Sequence record: PV245934.1
Reading direction: 5' to 3' (one strand)
Origin: Escherichia phage sutha
Length of the DNA: 64,000 nucleotides
Both the position numbers and the translations under genes were made by a program. The notes under the pieces were generated by a model that worked only from the letters and a program-made list of their open reading frames with translations, was not told the DNA's origin and did not search any database. Below, piece by piece: positions 39,287 through 49,807 of the stretch (the first letter of the stretch is position 1; every line of letters begins with the position of its first letter).

Positions 39287-39877
39287 ATGCTCTTTACATT
39301 TTTTGATCCGATTGAATATGCGGCCAAAACAGTGAATAAAAACGCGCCGACTATTCCTATGACAGATATTTTTAGAAACTATAAAGACTATTTTAAACGC
39401 GCTCTTGCGGGATACCGCTTACGTACTTATTATATCAAAGGTTCACCACGCCCGGAAGAATTAGCAAATGCTATATATGGAAATCCGCAGTTGTATTGGG
39501 TTTTATTGATGTGTAATGATAATTATGATCCGTATTATGGATGGATTACTTCGCAAGAAGCTGCTTATCAAGCATCTATACAAAAATACAAAAACGTAGG
39601 TGGAGACCAAATAGTATATCATGTGAATGAGAACGGTGAAAAATTCTATAATTTAATATCATACGATGATAATCCATATGTTTGGTATGACAAAGGCGAT
39701 AAAGCTAGAAAATATCCTCAATATGAAGGAGCACTTGCTGCGGTCGATACGTATGAAGCTGCTGTTCTTGAAAATGAAAAACTTCGTCAAATAAAAATAA
39801 TAGCAAAATCAGACATCAATTCATTTATGAACGACCTTATACGTATAATGGAGAAATCTTATGGAAATGATAAGTAA
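39287..39877 (+). CDS. 53: baseplate wedge protein gp53
   Basis: 196 aa; TATAAATA late promoter upstream. Confidence 0.9.
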   Translation: MLFTFFDPIEYAAKTVNKNAPTIPMTDIFRNYKDYFKRALAGYRLRTYYIKGSPRPEELANAIYGNPQLYWVLLMCNDNYDPYYGWITSQEAAYQASIQKYKNVGGDQIVYHVNENGEKFYNLISYDDNPYVWYDKGDKARKYPQYEGALAAVDTYEAAVLENEKLRQIKIIAKSDINSFMNDLIRIMEKSYGNDK

Positions 39878-41633
39878 TAACCTCAATTGGTTTGTTGGTG
39901 TTGTTGAAGATAGAATGGACCCATTAAAATTAGGTCGTGTTCGTGTTCGTGTAGTTGGTCTGCATCCACCTCAAAGAGCGCAAGGCGACGTAATGGGTAT
40001 TCCAACCGATAAATTACCATGGATGTCAGTTATTCAACCTATAACTTCTGCAGCAATGTCTGGAATTGGAGGCTCCGTTACTGGTCCGGTAGAAGGAACT
40101 AGAGTTTATGGTCATTTTTTAGACAAATGGAAAACTAACGGAATTGTCCTTGGCACATATGGCGGAATAGTTCGCGAAAAGCCTAATAGGCTTGAAGGAT
40201 TTTCTGACCCAACTGGACAGTATCCTAGACGTCTAGGAAATGATACTAACGTATTAAACCAAGGCGGAGAAGTAGGATATGATTCGTCTTCTAATATTAT
40301 CCAAGATAGCAATCTAGACACTGCGATAAATCCCGATGATAGACCACTATCAGAAATTCCAACTGATGATAATCCAAATATGTCAATGGCTGAAATGCTT
40401 CGCCGTGATGAAGGATTAAGACTAAAAGTTTATTGGGATACTGAAGGATATCCGACAATTGGTATTGGTCATCTTATCATGAAGCAGCCAGTTCGTGATA
40501 TGACTCAAATTAATAAAGTTTTATCAAAACAAGTTGGTCGTGAAATTACCGGAAATCCAGGTTCTATTACAATGGAAGAGGCGACAGCTTTATTTGAACG
40601 CGATTTGGCTGATATGCAACGTGACATTAAATCACATTCTAAAGTTGGCCCAGTTTGGCAGGCAGTTAATCGTTCTCGTCAAATGGCATTAGAAAACATG
40701 GCATTTCAGATGGGTGTTGGTGGTGTAGCTAAATTTAACACATTGTTAACTGCTATGTTAGCAGGAGATTGGGAAAAAGCATATAAAGCTGGTCGTGATT
40801 CATTGTGGTATCAACAAACAAAAGGACGTGCATCCCGTGTTACTATGATTATTCTTACGGGAAATTTGGAATCATATGGTGTTGAAGTGAAAACCCCAGC
40901 TAGGTCTCTATCAGCAATGGCGGCTACTGTAGCTAAATCTTCTGACCCTGCTGACCCTCCTATTCCAAATGACTCGAGAATTTTATTCAAAGAACCAGTT
41001 TCTTCATATAAAGGCGAATATCCTTATGTGCATACAATGGAAACTGAAAGCGGACATATTCAGGAATTTGATGATACCCCTGGGCAAGAACGATACAGAT
41101 TAGTTCATCCGACAGGAACTTATGAAGAAGTATCACCATCAGGAAGAAGAACAAGAAAAACTGTCGATAATTTGTATGATATAACAAATGCTGATGGTAA
41201 TTTTTTGGTAGCCGGCGATAAAAAGACTAACGTCGGTGGATCAGAAATTTATTACAACATGGATAATCGTCTCCACCAAATAGATGGAAGCAATACAATA
41301 TTTGTGCGTGGCGATGAAACGAAAACTGTTGAAGGTAATGGAACTATCCTAGTTAAAGGTAATGTTAAAGTAGTTATTCAAGGAACAGCAGATATAACTG
41401 TTGAACAGGAAGCATACATAACTGTTGAAAAAGACACGACTGTTAATGTTAACCAAAACGCAGACATAAGTGTTAAAAATAAAGCAACTGTTAATGCTGA
41501 AAATATGGATGTCAACGTTGAGCAAGATTTAAATTTTTCAGCGACAAATATTAATTTAAGTGCATCTAATACTGTTCATATGGATGGCGGGGTTCTTTCT
41601 AAAGTATCAGGTGGAAACGTACAGGTTGGTTAA
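39861..41633 (+). CDS. 5: baseplate hub / tail lysozyme gp5 (variant C-terminal beta-helix region)
   Basis: N-terminal MEMISNNLNWFVGVVED..., internal lysozyme domain MAEMLRRDEGLRLKVYWDTEGYPTIGIGHL; 590 aa versus 575 recalled for T4, with a different last ~100 aa. Confidence 0.9.
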   Translation: MEMISNNLNWFVGVVEDRMDPLKLGRVRVRVVGLHPPQRAQGDVMGIPTDKLPWMSVIQPITSAAMSGIGGSVTGPVEGTRVYGHFLDKWKTNGIVLGTYGGIVREKPNRLEGFSDPTGQYPRRLGNDTNVLNQGGEVGYDSSSNIIQDSNLDTAINPDDRPLSEIPTDDNPNMSMAEMLRRDEGLRLKVYWDTEGYPTIGIGHLIMKQPVRDMTQINKVLSKQVGREITGNPGSITMEEATALFERDLADMQRDIKSHSKVGPVWQAVNRSRQMALENMAFQMGVGGVAKFNTLLTAMLAGDWEKAYKAGRDSLWYQQTKGRASRVTMIILTGNLESYGVEVKTPARSLSAMAATVAKSSDPADPPIPNDSRILFKEPVSSYKGEYPYVHTMETESGHIQEFDDTPGQERYRLVHPTGTYEEVSPSGRRTRKTVDNLYDITNADGNFLVAGDKKTNVGGSEIYYNMDNRLHQIDGSNTIFVRGDETKTVEGNGTILVKGNVKVVIQGTADITVEQEAYITVEKDTTVNVNQNADISVKNKATVNAENMDVNVEQDLNFSATNINLSASNTVHMDGGVLSKVSGGNVQVG

Positions 41634-41634
41634 T

Positions 41635-43671
41635 ATGAATTATAACGAAATTGTTGATGAATTAGTTGATACCATACAATCAGCTTGTTCAATTATTCCC
41701 GAAGGTTATTATAGACGAGTTAAATGGGAATTATACAATCCCAATAAAGAAATGATTCAACCCGATAATGGGGTTGAATGGGACACTGAAATTATTAAAT
41801 TAGATACCCATCTTTACACCGAAAATCCATTTGGTCATTCTTCTGATACATTTACTGAATCATCTGATGGAGAAACCCAAACTGGTGTTTTTTGTCATAA
41901 AATCGGCGTGTATTTTCCAACTCAAACTGCGTTAGAAGATTACGTTGAACAAATTGGTGCAACTTTACTTCCAGGTAATACTTGGTATGGTGCTGATTTA
42001 TCGAAACGTGAATTTTTTAAAACTGAAATTGAATATGATATGTATCGCATTGAAAATCGCGGAGGTACATGGCATCATACGGGTCCTAGAATAGATGCTA
42101 GGACAATGATCGGTGTTAACAATGACTATACAATGTATGTTAACTTTAACGGTTTAGGAGATTATCGAAGAGCATATTTAAAATATTATGAAGATAAACC
42201 ATGCACATATGTCGGTTTAACACTAAATTTAAATATAGATACATCAATTCCCGGTATTCCTTATTCACCTCCATCAATTATTGGAGAGCTTCCACTTAAT
42301 GCAATTTCATGCGTTAATTTTACTGCCCAATTTCCATACAATGGCTTAACAACTGCAATTATTGAGGCTTGGAACACCTCAAGAGATTCATTTAAACTAT
42401 ATTGGGATATGTTGCCTGGTATGCCGGCAATTAGCGGAAGTGATTTTGAAAAATATTTTAATTCGGCATATACACATTTATCTGTAGCAATGGAAGAGCT
42501 TGGAAATTCGGCAATTGCCATGTGTCAATATGTTCAGCAACAAGCCTTTATGGTTTTTAAAAATTCTGTTTCACAAGTTCTAAATATTGTCGGTGGCGGA
42601 TGGGATTTATTAAAAAGTTTTTTACCTAAAATAACAATAATGGGCATATCTATTGATATTGAAGATTTATGTACATCAACAGATGGTGTTCAAAAATTGA
42701 AGGAAACCTTTGAAAATTTTAATCTGGAAGATACTATTAGTTCAATTTATTCTGCAATGGGTTCTGCATATGACTATTCTATAGAACGCGTTAAAATGTA
42801 TTCGCGGGATTTAGTTGATGCAATAACAGATTTATATGATTGGGCCTGGTCAAAATTAATGATGGCCGGTGTCGCTTTATCAAAATTATGTGTTGATTTA
42901 GCACAAATCTGGAGCATGCCACCAATTATTCCAAATCCAGTGTGGTCTGTTATCACTTTAGTGAAGGAAATGATGAAACAAATTCCTCCATTAGATATGA
43001 TTATGTCAGGTAATTTTCCTGGATTTACTGCTTCTGATGTATATCAGATGGTTATGTCTATCGTATCTGAAAAAATTAAACAAGTTTATAATGAAATAGA
43101 ATCATTAAAAACCCAAGCATTGGATGTATGGAATGAAATTAAACTAAAAACACAGGAATATAAAAAGCAAACGATTGAATTTAAACAATATTTATCAGGA
43201 ATGGCTGAAAAGGTTGAAGATGAAATAACTATAGCAAAAAAGAAAGCGTTACAAGAAGCTGAATCCGCTTTAAATGTTTTAAAGGATAAATATAACAGTA
43301 TTAAAGACTTGATAAAAAATAAACAGATTTCTGTGTCTGATGTATTAGATTTAGCTTTGACTGAATTTCGAAAAATTCCATTAATTTCACAAATGGAATC
43401 ATTATTATCTTTAGCTGGAGCATCTATCGATGATATAATGAAAGTATATGAAAATAGCGTTACTAAAGCAAAATCATTATATCACGAATTCACCGATGGC
43501 GCTCGGTCAATGAAAGATCTATGCAAATCATTATACAATCAAATTTCGACTTTATGTTTGAGTAAGGTTGTGCAATGGATTAATAAAATGCTTGGAATAT
43601 TTGGATTAAGTATTACATTTCCAACAGTATCAATATGCATTCCATGCTTAAAAACTCCTATGAGGAATTAA
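41635..43671 (+). CDS. large protein of unknown function between gp5 and gp6
   Basis: 678 aa from ATG one nt after the gp5 stop (MNYNEIVDELVD...), ends 1 nt before gp6; central coiled coil, hydrophobic C-terminal segments; no motif I recognise. Confidence 0.7.
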   Translation: MNYNEIVDELVDTIQSACSIIPEGYYRRVKWELYNPNKEMIQPDNGVEWDTEIIKLDTHLYTENPFGHSSDTFTESSDGETQTGVFCHKIGVYFPTQTALEDYVEQIGATLLPGNTWYGADLSKREFFKTEIEYDMYRIENRGGTWHHTGPRIDARTMIGVNNDYTMYVNFNGLGDYRRAYLKYYEDKPCTYVGLTLNLNIDTSIPGIPYSPPSIIGELPLNAISCVNFTAQFPYNGLTTAIIEAWNTSRDSFKLYWDMLPGMPAISGSDFEKYFNSAYTHLSVAMEELGNSAIAMCQYVQQQAFMVFKNSVSQVLNIVGGGWDLLKSFLPKITIMGISIDIEDLCTSTDGVQKLKETFENFNLEDTISSIYSAMGSAYDYSIERVKMYSRDLVDAITDLYDWAWSKLMMAGVALSKLCVDLAQIWSMPPIIPNPVWSVITLVKEMMKQIPPLDMIMSGNFPGFTASDVYQMVMSIVSEKIKQVYNEIESLKTQALDVWNEIKLKTQEYKKQTIEFKQYLSGMAEKVEDEITIAKKKALQEAESALNVLKDKYNSIKDLIKNKQISVSDVLDLALTEFRKIPLISQMESLLSLAGASIDDIMKVYENSVTKAKSLYHEFTDGARSMKDLCKSLYNQISTLCLSKVVQWINKMLGIFGLSITFPTVSICIPCLKTPMRN

Positions 43672-43672
43672 A

Positions 43673-45652
43673 ATGACAACTCCTGTAAATTATCAATTAA
43701 CAAGAACAGCAAATGCTATTCCCGAGATATTCGTCGGGGGTACATTTGCTGAAATAAAACAAAACCTCATTGAATGGCTTAATGGTCAAAATGAATTTTT
43801 GGATTATGATTTTGAAGGCTCAAGATTAAACGTTCTGTGCGACCTTTTGGCTTATAATACATTATACATTCAGCAGTTTGGTAATGCTGCCGTATATGAA
43901 AGCTTTATGCGTACTGCTAACTTACGTAGTTCAGTAGTTCAAGCGGCACAAGATAATGGATATTTACCTACTTCAAAATCAGCTGCTCAAACTGAAATTA
44001 TGCTAACTTGTACAGATGCATTGAATAGAAATTACATTACTATTCCTCGCGGTACTCGCTTTTTAGCATATGCAAAAGATACTTCTGTTAATCCATATAA
44101 CTTCGTTTCTACTGAAGACGTTATTGCTATTCGTGATAAAAATAACCAATATTTTCCGCGTTTAAAATTAGCCCAGGGGCGTATAGTAAGAACTGAAATC
44201 ATTTATGATAAATTAACACCTATTATCATTTATGACAAAAATATAGATAGAAACCAAGTTAAACTATATGTTGATGGAGCAGAATGGATTAACTGGACAA
44301 GAAAGTCAATGGTTCATGCTGGTTCTACATCAACAATTTACTACATGCGTGAAACTATTGATGGAAATACTGAGTTTTATTTTGGTGAAGGCGAGATTTC
44401 TGTTAATGCGGCAGAAGGAGCATTGACTGCTAATTATATTGGAGGTCTTAAACCTACCCAGAACTCTACGATTGTTATTGAGTACATCAGTACTAACGGT
44501 GCAGATGCGAATGGTGCAGTCGGATTTTCATACGCAGATACATTAACAAATATAACTGTCATCAACATTAATGAAAATCCAAACGATGACCCAGATTTTG
44601 TTGGGGCAGATGGCGGCGGCGATCCAGAAGATATTGAGCGTATTCGCGAATTGGGTACTATTAAACGCGAAACCCAGCAACGCTGCGTAACTGCGACTGA
44701 CTATGATACATTCGTTTCAGAGAGATTTGGTTCTATTATTCAAGCAGTTCAGACTTTCACTGATTCTACTAAACCTGGTTATGCATTTATTGCTGCTAAA
44801 CCTAAATCAGGGTTGTATTTAACTACTGTACAACGCGAAGATATTAAAAATTATCTCAAAGACTATAATTTAGCTCCTATTACGCCATCAATTATTTCTC
44901 CTAATTATCTTTTTATTAAGACTAATTTAAAAGTCACATATGCTTTAAATAAGCTACAAGAATCCGAACAGTGGCTCGAAGGTCAAATAATTGATAAAAT
45001 TGATCGTTATTATACCGAAGACGTAGAAATTTTTAACTCATCTTTCGCTAAATCTAAGATGTTGACATATGTAGATGATGCAGATCATTCTATCATTGGT
45101 TCATCAGCGACAATTCAAATTGTTCGTGAAGTACAAAACTTCTATAAAACGCCTGAAGCAGGTATTAAATACAATAATCAAATAAAAGATCGTTCTATGG
45201 AATCTAATACGTTTTCATTTAATTCTGGACGAAAGGTTGTAAATCCTGATACTGGTTTAGAAGAAGATGTATTATATGACGTTCGCATAGTATCAACAGA
45301 CCGAGATTCTAAAGGAATTGGTAAAGTTATTATTGGTCCATTTGCTTCTGGCGATGTTACAGAAAATGAAAACATTCAGCCGTATACAGGCAACGATTTT
45401 AACAAATTAGCAAATTCTGATGGACGCGACAAATACTATGTTATCGGTGAAATAAATTATCCAGCTGATGTGATTTATTGGAATATCGCTAAAATTAATT
45501 TAACATCTGAAAAATTTGAAGTTCAGACTATTGAATTATATTCTGACCCAACCGATGATGTTATCTTTACTCGCGATGGTTCACTGATTGTATTTGAAAA
45601 TGACTTACGTCCACAATACTTAACTATCGATTTGGAGCCTATATCACAATGA
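43673..45652 (+). CDS. 6: baseplate wedge protein gp6
   Basis: 659 aa; size and order. Confidence 0.9.
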   Translation: MTTPVNYQLTRTANAIPEIFVGGTFAEIKQNLIEWLNGQNEFLDYDFEGSRLNVLCDLLAYNTLYIQQFGNAAVYESFMRTANLRSSVVQAAQDNGYLPTSKSAAQTEIMLTCTDALNRNYITIPRGTRFLAYAKDTSVNPYNFVSTEDVIAIRDKNNQYFPRLKLAQGRIVRTEIIYDKLTPIIIYDKNIDRNQVKLYVDGAEWINWTRKSMVHAGSTSTIYYMRETIDGNTEFYFGEGEISVNAAEGALTANYIGGLKPTQNSTIVIEYISTNGADANGAVGFSYADTLTNITVININENPNDDPDFVGADGGGDPEDIERIRELGTIKRETQQRCVTATDYDTFVSERFGSIIQAVQTFTDSTKPGYAFIAAKPKSGLYLTTVQREDIKNYLKDYNLAPITPSIISPNYLFIKTNLKVTYALNKLQESEQWLEGQIIDKIDRYYTEDVEIFNSSFAKSKMLTYVDDADHSIIGSSATIQIVREVQNFYKTPEAGIKYNNQIKDRSMESNTFSFNSGRKVVNPDTGLEEDVLYDVRIVSTDRDSKGIGKVIIGPFASGDVTENENIQPYTGNDFNKLANSDGRDKYYVIGEINYPADVIYWNIAKINLTSEKFEVQTIELYSDPTDDVIFTRDGSLIVFENDLRPQYLTIDLEPISQ

Positions 45653-48600
45653 CAGTAAAAGCACCTTCAGTCACTAGTCTCAGAATTTCCAAGTTATCCG
45701 CAAATCAGGTGCAAGTACGCTGGGATGACGTTGGTGCTAATTTCTACTATTTTGTAGAAATCGCTGAGACAAAAACAAACTCGGGGGAAAATCTCCCGAG
45801 TAATCAATACAGATGGATTAACTTAGGATATACTGCAAATAACAGCTTCTTTTTTGATGATGCTGACCCATTGACATCATACGTTATTAGAGTAGCTACA
45901 GCTGCACAAGATTTTGAACAGTCTGATTGGATTTATACCGAAGAGTTTGAAACTTTTGCTACAAATGCTTATACATTTCAAAACATGATTGAAATGCAAT
46001 TAGCTAATAAATTCATTCAGGAAAAATTTACTCTTAATAATTCTGATTATGTCAATTTTAATAATGACACTATAATGGCTGCATTAATGAATGAATCATT
46101 TCAGTTCAGCCCATCATATGTTGACGTTTCATCAATAAGCAATTTTATTATTGGTGAAAATGAGTATCATGAAATACAAGGTTCTATTCAGCAAGTATGT
46201 AAGGATATTAACCGAGTTTATTTGATGGAATCGGAAGGGATTTTATACCTTTTTGAGCGTTATCAACCTGTAGTTAAAGTATCCAATGATAAAGGACAAA
46301 CTTGGAAAGCTGTAAAGCTCTTCAATGACCGCGTAGGATATCCTTTATCTAAGACAGTATATTACCAATCTGCGAACACAACATACGTTCTAGGATACGA
46401 CAAGATTTTCTATGGCCGCAAATCGACTGATGTTAGATGGTCAGCTGATGATGTCAGATTTAGTTCTCAGGATATAACATTCGCTAAACTTGGCGACCAA
46501 TTACATTTAGGATTTGATGTAGAAATTTTTGCTACTTACGCGACTTTACCGGCGAATGTATACCGTATTGCAGAAGCTATTACTTGCACCGATGATTACA
46601 TTTACGTTGTCGCCAGAGACAAAGTTAGATACATAAAAACTAGTAATGCACCTATAGATTCTGATCCATTATCTCCGACATATTCGGAAAGACTTTTTGA
46701 ACCTGATACAATGACTATAACCGGAAATCCTAAAGCAGTATGCTATAAAATGGATTCTGTCGGTGATAAAGTTTTTGCTCTTATTATTGGTGAAGTTGAA
46801 ACACTAAATGCTAATCCTAGAACATCAAAAATAATTGATTCTGCTGATAAAGGAATATATGTTTTAAATCATGACACAAAAACATGGAAAAGAGTTTTTG
46901 GCAACACTGAAGAAGAAAGAAGACGTATTCAACCAGGGTATGCGAATATGTCAACTGATGGTAAATTAGTTTCTCTATCATCGAGTAATTTTAAATTTTT
47001 AAGTGATAATGTTGTTAATGACCCTGAAACTGCAGCAAAATATCAGTTAATCGGTGCCGTTAAATATGAATTTCCTCGTGAATGGCTAGCTGATAAGCAT
47101 TATCATATGATGGCATTTATAGCAGATGAAAAGTCTGATTGGGAAACTTTTACTCCTCAGCCGATGAAATACTACGCTGAACCATTCTTTAACTGGTCTA
47201 AAAAATCTAACACACGTTGTTGGATAAACAACTCTGATAGGGTTGTAGTAGTTTATGCTGATTTAAAATATACTAAAGTTATAGAAAACATTCCTGAAAC
47301 ATCACCAGATAGATTAGTTCATGAATACTGGGACGATGGCGATTGTACTATAGTAATGCCAAATGTTAAATTCACTGGATTTAAAAAATATGCATCTGGG
47401 ATGCTTTTCTATAAAGCCTCTGGTGAAATAATTTCTTACTATGATTTTAACTATCGTGTTAGAGACACTGTCGAAATTATTTGGAAGCCAACTGAAGTAT
47501 TTTTAAAAGCATTTTTACAAAACCAAGAGCATGAAACTCCTTGGTCGCCTGAAGAAGAGCGTGGATTAGCTGACCCTGATTTAAGACCGTTGATTGGCAC
47601 AATGATGCCTGATTCTTATTTGTTACAGGATTCGAATTTTGAGGCATTTTGCGAAGCATATATTCAATATCTTTCTGATGGATATGGAACTCAGTATAAC
47701 AATTTACGAAATTTAATTCGTAACAAATATCCACGAGAAGAGCATGCATGGGAATATTTGTGGTCAGAGATATATAAAAGAAACATTTATTTAAATGCTG
47801 ATAAACGTGATGCTGTTGCGAGATTCTTTGAATCACGTAGCTATGATTTTTATTCTACTAAAGGAATTGAAGCATCATACAAGTTTCTTTTTAAAGTTCT
47901 TTATAATGAAGAAGTTGAAATTGAAATCGAATCTGGGGCTGGTACTGAATATGACATAATCGTTCAATCTGATTCTTTGACTGAAGATTTAGTAGGACAA
48001 ACGATTTATACAGCTACAGGAAGATGTAATGTTACTTATATAGAAAGAAGCTATTCTAATGGTAAATTGCAATGGACCGTAACTATTCATAATCTTTTAG
48101 GAAGATTAATTGCTGGTCAAGAAGTTAAAGCAGAAAGACTCCCTAGTTTTGAAGGCGAAATTATTCGCGGGGTTAAAGGGAAGGATTTGCTTCAAAACAA
48201 TATAGACTATATTAATAGAAGTAGATCATACTATGTAATGAAAATTAAATCCAATTTGCCTTCTTCCCGCTGGAAATCTGACGTTATTCGTTTTGTTCAT
48301 CCAGTAGGATTTGGATTTATAGCAATTACTCTTTTAACAATGTTTATTAATGTTGGTTTAACTCTTAAACATACAGAGACTATAATTAATAAATACAAAA
48401 ACTATAAATGGGATTCTGGATTGCCTACTGAATATGCTGATAGAGTAGCTAAATTAACTCCAGCTGGTGAAATTGAACATGATCCAGTAACAGGCGAAGC
48501 AATTTATGAGCCTGGCCCAATGGCTGGCGTAGAATATCCTCTTCCTGATGACTATAATGCTGAAAATAACAATTCAATATTTCAAGGTCAATTGCCATCT

Positions 48601-48747
48601 GAACGACGTAAATTAATGAGTCCTCTATTTGATGCATCTGGAACAACATTTGCACAATTTAGAGATTTAGTTAATAAACGTCTAAAAGATAATATAGGAA
48701 ATCCAAGAGACCCTGAAAATCCAACACAGGTTAAAATAGATGAATGA
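45649..48747 (+). CDS. 7: baseplate wedge protein gp7
   Basis: 1032 aa, as T4 gp7. Confidence 0.9.
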   Translation: MTVKAPSVTSLRISKLSANQVQVRWDDVGANFYYFVEIAETKTNSGENLPSNQYRWINLGYTANNSFFFDDADPLTSYVIRVATAAQDFEQSDWIYTEEFETFATNAYTFQNMIEMQLANKFIQEKFTLNNSDYVNFNNDTIMAALMNESFQFSPSYVDVSSISNFIIGENEYHEIQGSIQQVCKDINRVYLMESEGILYLFERYQPVVKVSNDKGQTWKAVKLFNDRVGYPLSKTVYYQSANTTYVLGYDKIFYGRKSTDVRWSADDVRFSSQDITFAKLGDQLHLGFDVEIFATYATLPANVYRIAEAITCTDDYIYVVARDKVRYIKTSNAPIDSDPLSPTYSERLFEPDTMTITGNPKAVCYKMDSVGDKVFALIIGEVETLNANPRTSKIIDSADKGIYVLNHDTKTWKRVFGNTEEERRRIQPGYANMSTDGKLVSLSSSNFKFLSDNVVNDPETAAKYQLIGAVKYEFPREWLADKHYHMMAFIADEKSDWETFTPQPMKYYAEPFFNWSKKSNTRCWINNSDRVVVVYADLKYTKVIENIPETSPDRLVHEYWDDGDCTIVMPNVKFTGFKKYASGMLFYKASGEIISYYDFNYRVRDTVEIIWKPTEVFLKAFLQNQEHETPWSPEEERGLADPDLRPLIGTMMPDSYLLQDSNFEAFCEAYIQYLSDGYGTQYNNLRNLIRNKYPREEHAWEYLWSEIYKRNIYLNADKRDAVARFFESRSYDFYSTKGIEASYKFLFKVLYNEEVEIEIESGAGTEYDIIVQSDSLTEDLVGQTIYTATGRCNVTYIERSYSNGKLQWTVTIHNLLGRLIAGQEVKAERLPSFEGEIIRGVKGKDLLQNNIDYINRSRSYYVMKIKSNLPSSRWKSDVIRFVHPVGFGFIAITLLTMFINVGLTLKHTETIINKYKNYKWDSGLPTEYADRVAKLTPAGEIEHDPVTGEAIYEPGPMAGVEYPLPDDYNAENNNSIFQGQLPSERRKLMSPLFDASGTTFAQFRDLVNKRLKDNIGNPRDPENPTQVKIDE

Positions 48748-49744
48748 TTCAAGTGTTATCTATCGTGCGATAGTTACTTCAAAATTTAGAACAGAAAAAA
48801 TGTTGAATTTTTATAATTCAATTGGAAGTGGTCCGGATAAAAACACTATCTTTATCACATTTGGAAGATCAGAACCATGGTCATCAAATGAAAATGAGGT
48901 GGGATTTGCCCCACCTTATCCCACCGATTCTGTATTAGGTGTAACTGACATGTGGACTCATATGATGGGAACTGTAAAGGTTCTTCCATCTATGCTCGAT
49001 GCAGTTATTCCTCGTAGAGATTGGGGAGATACTAGATATCCGGATCCATACACATTTAGAATTAACGATATTGTAGTATGTAACTCAGCTCCTTACAATG
49101 CTACCGAATCAGGCGCAGGCTGGTTAGTATATCGCTGTTTAGATGTTCCTGACACAGGAATGTGTTCAATTGAGTCTTTAACTAATAAGGATGAATGCCT
49201 TAAGTTAGGTGGAAAATGGACTCCTTCTGCTAGGTCAATGACTCCTCCTGAAGGTCGAGGAGACGCGGAAGGAACAATCGAACCTGGAGACGGGTATGTA
49301 TGGGAATATCTTTTTGAGATTCCGCCTGATGTATCTATAAATAGATGTACGAATGAATATATCGTGGTTCCTTGGCCGGAAGAATTAAAAGAAGACCCGA
49401 CTAGATGGGGGTATGAAGATAACCTCACTTGGCAACAAGATGATTTTGGATTAATTTACCGTGTTAAGGCAAATACTATCCGTTTTAAAGCATATTTAGA
49501 TTCAGTTTATTTTCCTGAAGCTGCACTGCCGGGAAATAAAGGATTTAGGCAAATATCAATAATCACGAATCCTCTTGAAGCTAAAGCTCATCCAAATGAC
49601 CCAAACGTTAAAGCTGAAAAGGATTATTATGATCCGGAAGATTTAATGAGGCATTCGGGCGAAATGATTTATATGGAAAATAGGCCACCTATTATCATGG
49701 CAATGGATCAAACAGAAGAAATCAATATTCTGTTTACATTTTAA
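48740..49744 (+). CDS. 8: baseplate wedge protein gp8
   Basis: 334 aa; terminator follows. Confidence 0.9.
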   Translation: MNDSSVIYRAIVTSKFRTEKMLNFYNSIGSGPDKNTIFITFGRSEPWSSNENEVGFAPPYPTDSVLGVTDMWTHMMGTVKVLPSMLDAVIPRRDWGDTRYPDPYTFRINDIVVCNSAPYNATESGAGWLVYRCLDVPDTGMCSIESLTNKDECLKLGGKWTPSARSMTPPEGRGDAEGTIEPGDGYVWEYLFEIPPDVSINRCTNEYIVVPWPEELKEDPTRWGYEDNLTWQQDDFGLIYRVKANTIRFKAYLDSVYFPEAALPGNKGFRQISIITNPLEAKAHPNDPNVKAEKDYYDPEDLMRHSGEMIYMENRPPIIMAMDQTEEINILFTF

Positions 49745-49749
49745 CTTAA

Positions 49750-49772
49750 GGGAGCCCATGGGCTCCCTTTTT
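49750..49772 (+). terminator. rho-independent terminator after gene 8
   Basis: Hairpin gggagccc-at-gggctccc followed by TTTTT. Confidence 0.7.
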
Positions 49773-49775
49773 CTT

Positions 49776-49783
49776 TATAAATA
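49776..49783 (+). promoter_or_regulatory. late promoter (TATAAATA) for gene 9
   Basis: Exact TATAAATA 25 nt upstream of gp9 ATG, just after the gp8 terminator. Confidence 0.65.
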
Positions 49784-49807
49784 CTATAAACTCATAAGGA
49801 AACCGCT

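Noticed and set aside
40112-40321. Short minus-strand ORFs inside late genes (e.g. 40112..40321, 47477..47836, 53419..53682)
   Set aside because: Antisense to well-supported structural genes; no independent signals.
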